Below, piece by piece: positions 54,830 to 64,000 of a stretch of 64,000 bases of DNA. Origin of the DNA: Octopus sinensis (lineage: Eukaryota); NCBI RefSeq assembly GCF_006345805.1, contig NC_043001.1, forward strand, positions 59,954,001 to 60,018,000, given 5' to 3'. Below the pieces are notes generated by a model, which was not told the origin of the DNA, made no database searches, and saw nothing but the letters and a program-made list of their open reading frames with translations. The translations under genes were made by a program, and so were the position numbers. Each line of letters opens with the position of its first letter. The first letter of the stretch is position 1.

Positions 54830-55693
54830 CTGAGAACATCAGCTTATTCAAGATATGAATATCTCGATTTTTAAAATTTGCCAGATCTTTCATCTACAAA
54901 GTTTGTAAGGAGTTAGTGACTGAATATGGAAACGTATCACCAGTATCAAAGCATAAGAAGCATTCTAAACGCTCTGAAATAATCAGAACGTCTGAATTTA
55001 GCTAACAAGTTCAAGTGACCATTGATTACATTCCTAGAAAGTCCATGAGGTCAATTGCAAAAGATCTCCATGTGTTAGAAGGAACACTCAGAAATGTTGT
55101 TGACGAGGACATCAGATATAAGTCGTATATGATGAGGAAAGGTCAATTTGTCAGAAAAAGCAGAAGAAAATCACTACACCAGATCTGAAAGGTCCTTAAA
55201 CAAACTGAAAAATCCAACAGAAGATTTAATTTGGTTTCTCTCAAACGAGAAAAACTTCGACTGAGATGAAAAAGTTAACAGAAGAAATAATAGATGGTTA
55301 TGCACAGATACTTCTGAAGTACCAAGTGTTATTCATACAAAATTTACTGCAACTACCATGGTTTCAGGGGTTGTCAGCAATGAAGGATGTGGTAACTCCT
55401 AGTTCCTTTCCACAAGGTCTTAGAGTTAACACTGCCGCCTACATCGAGGTCATGGAAATAATTTTTAAGCCCTCAATAGTCACTGTATGCAATGGAAAGA
55501 AATATGTGTTTCAGTATAACTCTTCACTAACACAGATGGGTCTAGTAACATAAGAACGGATGGCATAAAATTTTCATGATCACATAACCTCTACCATTTG
55601 AAATCCTAATTCCCCAGATCTCAATCCATTTGGACTATCATATGAGGAGCGTTGTTGAGAGAGAGGTCAATGAAAACGCTCATAACATCAAAG

Positions 55694-55695
<2 letters not shown>
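54830..55695 (+). mobile_element. Decayed Tc1/mariner (maT/DD37D-like) transposase fragment
   Basis: FS.EK.F, FPQGLRVNTAAYIEV, YVFQ and PNSPDLNP.DY motifs. Confidence 0.75.
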
Positions 55696-55731
<36 letters not shown>

Positions 55732-55734
<3 letters not shown>

Positions 55735-56728
55735 TTTAACAATTAAGGATAATCTCTTAATAAGGGATCTTAACAAGAAATTATCAGGCAGCTAGCGTGA
55801 AAACCTCATAAAAGAAAAGAATTCGAAAATAATTTTTTTCTTTTGAACAAATTAATTATATCTATATTGTATAGAGGGCATTATTACACATAAATGCCTC
55901 ACACTAAGAGGGACAAAGTCATTACTACTACCCAATTATACTAATCATACCCAAATGCAGTTTTTCAAAGCAAGACATTTAAAAAAATGAATTTAGTTCT
56001 GTATCACCGTGATTTCACATTCAACTTTACGTCTTATGATCCTCAGCAGAACTGATTCAGAATCAGTTCTGCTGAGGATCATAAGACGTAAAGTTGAATG
56101 TGAAATCACGGTGATACAGAACTAAATTCATTTTTTTAAATGTCTTGCTTTGAAAAACTGCATTTGGGTATGATTAGTATAATTTGGGTAGTAATGACTT
56201 TGTCCCTCTTAGTGTGAGGCATTTATGTGTAATAATGCCCTCTATACAATATAGATATAATTAATTTGTTCAAAAGAAAAAAATTATTTTCGAATTCTTT
56301 TCTTTTATGAGGTTTTCACGCTAGCTGCCTGATAATTTCTTGTTAAGATCCCTTATTAAGAGATTATCCTTAATTGTTAAACTTATTCCGAAATACTTTT
56401 CATTACCCGACATGCAGTTCGTAAAAAGCCCGCCATTTACCGGATATATGATTTATAAACATTCCATGTGCCTGGCCGGAGTGAGCAGTTGTCTGTTCGT
56501 CTTCGCTACGTAAGGTTGGTAGTTTATTTATGATGTGTTCAGAATCAGTTCTGCTGAGGATCATAAGACGTAAGTTGAATGTGAATCACGGTGATACAGA
56601 ACTAAATTCATTTTTTTAAATGTCTTGCTTTGAAAAACTGCATTTGGGTATGATTAGTATAATTTTGGTAGTAATGACTTTGTCCCTCTTAGTGTGAGGC
56701 ATTTATGTGTAATAATGCCCTCTATACA

Positions 56729-56730
<2 letters not shown>
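55732..56730. mobile_element. Retrozyme-like array B (482 bp period, diverged relative of array A), divergent arms centred on 56059
   Basis: 55732-56058 is the reverse complement of 56060-56386; HHRs at 55995-56053 (-), 56065-56123 (+) and 56547-56603 (+, one core A missing). Confidence 0.88.
56065..56123 (+). ncRNA. Type I hammerhead ribozyme
   Basis: agttctg CTGAGGA tcat...atgt GAAA tcacggtga TA cagaact. Confidence 0.8.
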
Positions 56731-56763
<33 letters not shown>

Positions 56764-56890
56764 TACATATATGCATATATATATATATATTATATATATA
56801 TATATGTATATATACATGTATATATACATAGATTTATATGTGTATATGTGTGTGTGGCTATATATACATATATATATGTATATATGAATG

Positions 56891-56953
<63 letters not shown>

Positions 56954-57030
56954 AATAAAATGTTTTGGATGGTACAACATTGCACTATAATACAGACAAT
57001 GGGCTATATACCTGTTGAAATTTTGTCATC

Positions 57031-57174
57031 CATAGTCTGATAAGATATTTCGAAATAACATTCCTTCTTTAGGTAATCTTAGATGGTGTCGCTGTTTACC
57101 CGATTATAGCAGCGACTCTAAGAATGTTCGAAGAAGGAATGTTATTCCGAAATATCATATCAGATATATCAGAC

Positions 57175-57178
<4 letters not shown>
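57031..57178. repeat. ~150 bp imperfect hairpin (MITE-like)
   Basis: catagtctgata/tatcagactatg, aataacattccttctt/aagaaggaatgttatt and gtcgctg/cagcgac nested pairings. Confidence 0.75.
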
Positions 57179-57228
<50 letters not shown>

Positions 57229-57404
57229 AGTGTAAAAAAATAAATGCGAAACAAGTTTGAAAATATATTACTCGAATACCAAAGGTTGAGTAATGTGCTT
57301 TATTAAAAAGCAGCAAAAATATCAACTAATCTGTTACTCCGAGGTTCATGGTCCCGTAAAACTCTGAATAACAATTTTATGTGATATTTTTGCTGTTTCT
57401 TAGT

Positions 57405-57442
<38 letters not shown>

Positions 57443-57455
57443 GCATGTATATGTA

Positions 57456-57494
<39 letters not shown>

Positions 57495-57638
57495 GCATAC
57501 ATATACAGTAATCTCCCTCGACTATTGCGGTTCTTACGTTCCAAAGCAATCCCGTGATATATATTATATATATATATATGTATATATAATATATATATTA
57601 TTTTCACACATATATGTATATATACATATATACATATA

Positions 57639-57688
<50 letters not shown>

Positions 57689-57719
57689 ATATATATAATT
57701 ATATATATATATATATACA

Positions 57720-59498
57720 TTTGCAATTAAGGACAACTACTTAATAAGGAAAACTTAACAAGAAATTGTCAGGTGATAGCGTAAAAACCTCATAAGAGAA
57801 AAAATTTCGAAAATAATTATTTCTTATTGAACATATTAATTTATATATAGAGGGCATAATTATACATACATGCCAGGAGGCATTATATATACCTGCCAAC
57901 GCTAAGAGGGACAATCAGTCATTTCTGCCAAAAATATTACTAATCCCACCGAATGCAATTTTTCAAAGTAAGACATTTAAAAATATATAGGCCTGTATCA
58001 CAGTGATTTCATACTTACGTAATCATCAGCAGGCCTGAATGCATTATAAATAAACAACGACGACCTTGCCTCGCTTAAGCCGAACAGCTAACTGATCAAC
58101 ATCAACGAAGCACATGGGTGAGTTTATATATATTACATCCGGGTGAATGGCAAACTTTTACAAAATTGCATTTCGGGAGAGGAAAAGTTTTTTCGGAATA
58201 AAAATTTTGCAATTAAGGACAACTACTTAATAAGGAAAACTTAACAAGAAATTGTCAGGTAGATAGCGTAAAAACCTCATAAGAGAAAAAATTTCGAAAA
58301 TAATTATTTCTTATTGAACATATTAATTTATATATAGAGGGCATAATTATACATACCCAGGAGGCATTATATATACCTGCCAAACGCTAAGAGGGACAAT
58401 CAGTCATTTCTACCAAAAATATTACTAATCCCACCGAATGCAATTTTTCAAAGTAAGACATTTAAAAATATATAGGCCTGTATCACAGTGATTTCATACT
58501 TACGTATCATCAGCAGGCTGAATGCATTATAAATAAACAACGACCTTGCCTCGCTTAAGCCGAACAGCTAACTGATCAACATCAACGAAGCACATGGGTG
58601 AGTTTATATATATACATCCGGGTGAATGGCAAACTTTTACAAAATTGCATTTCGGGAGAGGAAAAGTTTTTTCGGAATAAAAATTTTGCAATTAAGGACA
58701 ACTACTTATTCACACCACTTCACCCGGATGTAATATATATAAACTCACCCATGTGCTTCGTTGATGTTGATCATTTAGCTGTTCGGCTTAAGCGAGGCAA
58801 GGTCGTTGTTTATTTAAATGCATTCAGGCCTGCTGATGATTACGTAGTATGAATCACTGTGATACAGGCCTATATATTTTTAAATGTCTTACTTTGAATA
58901 ATTGCATTCGGTTGGATTAGTAATATTTTTGGTAGAAATGACTGATTGTCCCTCTTAGCGTTTGGCAGGTATATATAATGCCTCCTGGCATGTATGTATT
59001 ATGCCCTCTATATATAAATTAATATGTTCAATAAGAAATAATTATTTTCGAAATTTTTTCTCTTATGAGGTTTTTACGCTATCTACCGACATTTCTTGTT
59101 AAGTTTTCCTTATTAAGTAGTTGTCCTTAATTGCAAAATTTTTATTCCGAAAAAACTTTTCCTCTCCCGAAATGCAATTTTGTAAAGTTTGCCATTCCCC
59201 GGATGTAATATATATAAACTCACCCATGTGCTTCGTTGATGTTGATCAGTTAGCTGTTCGGCTTAAGCGAGGCAAGTCGTTGTTTATTTATAATGCATTC
59301 AGGCCTGCTGATGATTACGTAAGTATGAAATCACTGTGATACAGGCCTATATATTTTTAAATGTCTTACTTTGAAAAATTGCATTCGGTGGGATTAGTAA
59401 TATTTTTGGTAGAAATGACTGATTGTCCCTCTTAGCGTTTGGCAGGTATATATAATGCCTCCTGGCATGTATGTATAATTATGCCCTCTATATATAAA
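57720..59498. mobile_element. Retrozyme-like array C (~475-485 bp units, same family as A), divergent arms, junction ~58708-58720, in (TA)n
   Basis: HHRs at 57989-58036 and 58474-58519 (-), 58826-58871 and 59301-59348 (+). Confidence 0.9.
59301..59348 (+). ncRNA. Type I hammerhead ribozyme
   Basis: aggcctg CTGATGA ttac-gtaa-gtat GAAA tcactgtga TA caggcct. Confidence 0.85.
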
Positions 59499-60164
59499 TA
59501 TATATATATACATATATATATACATATATACTTATATATATATGCGCACATTTTCATTCGTGTATGTGTGTGTAGTGACGTGCTGCTGCACACCCTCGCA
59601 GAAATACAGAGATACACGTGTAACCATATAAGCACGTTCATACACTCAGATATGCAGATATATTCTTGCACACACCACCCTTATCTACTAAACCTCCATC
59701 CACGCGACCCATTTCCTATCCACAATGCGGTTGATATCCTGTTCACCATGCGGTATTCTCCAAGTAAATTATTATCACTAGTATACCAATACTAAAACAC
59801 TAATCTACGTCACGTTCCTCGACCAGTCGCAACCCAATTTACTGTAATAACACTCAGCCACTTTTGTTCAAATTCAAAATGGCTGAATATATTAGCATCA
59901 TGCTTGAAACTCGGAATACCAACGAAATTGAATCAAACTGTTTTGATCCACACACACATACACAGTTACACGCACATTCACACATATACGTAATTACTAA
60001 GGGATTTCTCCGGGTGGTTACCACAGTTAGCTCACGTTTAGTTCTTCAAGGTTAGCATATAAAACTTATAATAATTTTCATATAAGAATTTAGAGAATTA
60101 TTCCATTGGATTATTCTAAATATATCGACTTTAACCATATAGGATTACAGGAGTATTTGAGATC

Positions 60165-60242
<78 letters not shown>

Positions 60243-60244
<2 letters not shown>

Positions 60245-60770
60245 CAGGCTGTGGTTCTCATGGCTACTGATCTTAACTGATTTGAAGGGTTATCATGTAC
60301 ATTGTTTTGTCCTGGTATAACAGATCGGCTACAGCAAATATTCTGCTCAATACCACAGATTTGCTTGTCAGTTGTTTGAACTTCACCAGTTTACCATGGC
60401 TGACAATATGTGCATCTCTGATCACGAGCAGAGGTAGTGGGGAAGCATCAAAGCCATGTGTTGAGAAGGATTCTTGGGGACTGAATATTTCTTATCTAGA
60501 AACATGTGTGTTTTGTTCAACATCTTTAAACAACCCTTATTTAGGGACCTTTTGAACGGGATGGGTTACTCGACCAGAAAAACATTCTAACTCGGCCCCA
60601 CCTGCAAGGTCATGTGCTGTTTATCTTGATATGAGATGACGATGTCGCGCACATATGGTTGTGATGCATGTGCCTAGTGTACCCTTATCAGGAGGTGAGT
60701 CATGATGGGTATACTGGGCTTCGTATATTTTACCCCAGTGTCACTTTGATGGCATGCACTGCTCTTTCAC
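60243..60770 (-). mobile_element. SINE-like interspersed repeat inserted in (TAA)n
   Basis: ~530 bp complex segment bounded by (TAA)n on both sides; resembles an octopus repeat from memory. Confidence 0.45.
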
Positions 60771-60929
60771 ATAATAATATTAATAATAATAATAATAATG
60801 ATGACGATGATGATGAGGATGAGGATGATGATGATGATGATGATGATGATAATAATAATAATAATAGTAATAGTAATAGTAATAATAATAATAATAGTAA
60901 TAGTAATAGTAATAGTAATAATAATAATA

Positions 60930-60978
<49 letters not shown>

Positions 60979-60979
<1 letters not shown>

Positions 60980-63900
60980 GTAAAATGTAGAGAGTAACCA
61001 CAACACACCAATGCCAAATAATATAAGCACTAAGACTGTAAAAGACGAAGACAGACGTAGCATGTCCAACAAAAACGAAGTAAACAATGAAAGACAACAA
61101 ACCCAGATCGTAAGAATATATATTGATGAGCAAAATGCACTACAGACAATAATGTAAACGAGAAAGAATGCGAAAAATCTAAAACCTGGAAGCAGTAAAG
61201 GTGGAACTAACGATTATGATACACCAAAATTGAACATAATCAAAGAACTGAAAGCCAGAGATCTCAGTATAGACCACTGATTGTACATCTCCAAAATTAA
61301 AATCGATACTAAAACAACATCAATAATAAATAACATTAAACTGGCCGTCACATAACTAATAGCCAGAGAAACAAACGTCAATATGACCAGGTTAAATTAT
61401 ATAAGATATGCAGCAGCCTCTGTGGCCACAAAAGAAGTTGGATACTCCCTCAGAGACTTCGAAACAGGTGTACCACAACCCAAACAATCCCAGTGGATAA
61501 ATAATACCAAGAAAAAATAGAAAACAAGAGGAAAAGGTTTATCGAACCTTAGTGATACTAGTAGACAATCAACACGACTAAGTAACAAGAAGAGTAGAAA
61601 AATACCACATAGATACAAAATTACAGAACTAGGTGTACCTGAACTAAAAGAACAGCTAAAGCAAGAAATCCTCGCATGAGAAACGCCAACGTTTCTCTGA
61701 ACAAAGCAAACAGTACAACTCCAACCCCAAAACATTCTACCAAGAACTTGGCAAAAATAAAATAGTAGACGAAGTGGAAGAATATTGGAAAGAAATTTGG
61801 TCGGTGAAGGAACAATCTCAGAAAAGGACTATCAAAACAACGAACAAAGCACCTGAACAATTCTGGAACTCTATAACAACTGAAGAGGTCAACCAGGCAC
61901 TGCAAAACTAAGGAACTGGAAGGCTACCGGGCATGATATTTCAACTTCTTGGATCTTAACTTCTGGTTAAAATACCTAATAGGAACACATAAAAAGCTAG
62001 CTGATAAATTTAATGAAATACTAGCAGAGCCAGAGACAATGCCTGAATGGCTCACGAAAGGATAAACTATCATTATTCCCAAATCCAATGAAACGGCACA
62101 CCCACAAATTTACTGACCTCTAACTTGTCTCACTAAAATTTATAAAGCCTTTACTGCAATAATATTGCAGTGTATCAGCAAGCATTTGGAAGAAAACAAG
62201 CTGTTCATGAAGAACAGAAGGGATGCTGCAAGTGTTCATACGGCTGTAAATAACAGCTACTGACCAATAAATAGTTTTCCCTACACAGGGATCATAGAAA
62301 CACTTGCCATGAACAAGGTAGCACCAATAATCACAAAATGTTTAACATGTTCGTTCCATAAATAAAAGGCAGACAGTGTTACAGCTCCGGACAAAAGAGG
62401 GACTCATAAAAACCAAAGCCACCTCCATTAGAAGAGGAATATTCCAGGGAGACACGCTCTCTCCACTCCTTTTCTGCTAGGTACTGACACCTTTATCTGA
62501 CAAGCTAAACAGAACTGGATATGGATACAACTTTTACGGTGAAACCTCTGATATATGGACCCTCTAAAACCGCATGCTACAAATGATACACAGCTGGAAA
62601 CATTACTACTGACAGTACATGATTTTGCCAAAGACATAAACATTTACCAAAGAATAAACTTATTATCTTTCTTTTCATTGTATGTTTTTGGTCATTTCTG
62701 GTAGGGAGGCATTGGTCTTGTGCTGTAATTAAAAGAAGAAAACTTGTTAAGAGTAGGAACATCACACCAGATAAAGCAAATAATGTAAGAGAATTAGACC
62801 AAAGCCAGACATACAAATACTTATGACTCAAAAAAGCTAGGTATGATACAACAAACACAAATGAAAAAGAAAATCAAAATGAATTCTATATAAAAACAGA
62901 GCACAATGCGAAAAACAAAATAATAGTTTATCAACACTCTAGCCGGCCCAGTTATAAGTTACAGCTACAATATATTTAACTGGATTCTAAATTAACTTAT
63001 TAAAGTATACAGGAAAACAAGAAAAATAACAACAGGGTTTAGGATGTACCACCCAAATTTTGTCATAGAAAGGTTATATATACAACACATCGAATACAGC
63101 TAGAAAACTATTACAAAATAACTACCATACGACTAGAAAAATACCTACTTCAGAAGCAAGAAAATCTACTTCAAATAACCACAAAACACGAACAAAACTA
63201 AAAACTGACAAATGCAAAAAAAAAGACGTCGTAGTACCTAACACGTATGAAGAAAAAGAAGAAACAAAAAATGATGTAAAACAACTGAAATCCAAACTAA
63301 TATTGGAACAGAAACAGATCATGATAAATCCAAGGTAAGAAAAAAATTCCCCTCGTGGCAAATATTGCGTTAAACTAAATAGAAAAGAAATAGACAAAGC
63401 AAAACCCAGCAATGGCTGAGAAACTCAGGAGTCAAAGAAGATAATGAAGGATTTTTTAATTGCAGCACAAGACCAATGCCTCCCAACCAGAAATTACCAA
63501 AAAACATACAAGGAAAAGAAACATAACAAGTAACTGCATAATATGAGAAGATAGACAAGAAACAATAAGCCATAATGTCTCTGGCTGTCCAACCATTGCT
63601 AAGAAGGAATATATTCACAGACACGGGTTGGAATCTATATACACTGGAAGCCAAGCTAACACTATGGAATAACAAGAGAATTAAGATGGTATAGGCACAC
63701 ACCAGAAAAGGTCATAGGAAATGAGAAAGCAGCTTTACTAAGAAATATGCCAATACACAAAGATAGAGAAATTAAGGCTTATAGGCCGGATATAGTTGCC
63801 AGAGGTTAAGATAAAAAATGCTTTCTTAATCGATGTATCGATACCAACAGGTTACAGTATTTCTCTAAAAGAAACGGAGATACTTTCAAAATACAAAGAT

Positions 63901-64000
63901 CTGGAAATAGAAGTAACTCGAATGTGGAGCCTATAAAAATATTCAGACAAATACATAACTAAAACACCAGGACTAACAAGTATATATAACATAGAGAAAA
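60979..64000 (+). mobile_element. Long decayed R4/Dong-like LINE (RT plus RLE), running off the window
   Basis: NWKATGHD, IRRGIFQGDTLSPLLF, IAAQDQCLPTRNY, RPDIV and KYKDLEIE; begins right after (TAA)n. Confidence 0.88.

Noticed and set aside
58598-59339. ORFs within array C as an encoded protein
   Set aside because: They span the inversion junction or depend on indels and are not kept in arrays A and B

Overview
AT-rich, microsatellite-saturated eukaryotic DNA. It is most likely cephalopod (Octopus-like), inferred from my recognition of the SINE families and not verified. I found no host protein-coding gene; nearly all short ORFs in the track are translated microsatellites. The window is a transposon graveyard: a full-length Tx1/L1-clade LINE with a target-site duplication, Penelope-like fragments, R4/Dong and RTE LINE fragments, Tc1/mariner relics, MITEs and tRNA-derived SINEs. 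The hidden signal is RNA, not protein. More than 20 intact or decayed hammerhead ribozyme (HHR) motifs sit in several sequence-unrelated non-coding elements of about 350-500 nt (retrozyme-like) inserted in (TA)n. These elements repeatedly show one architecture: two divergent inverted arms, each tandemly repeated or circularly permuted. Three related arrays share the same outer termini, suggesting twin-primed, rolling-circle reverse transcription of a circular RNA. One element (15.9-17.05 kb) carries a hammerhead-like motif whose three strands are in an order that fits none of types I/II/III. All folds were read by eye; none was computed or tested.
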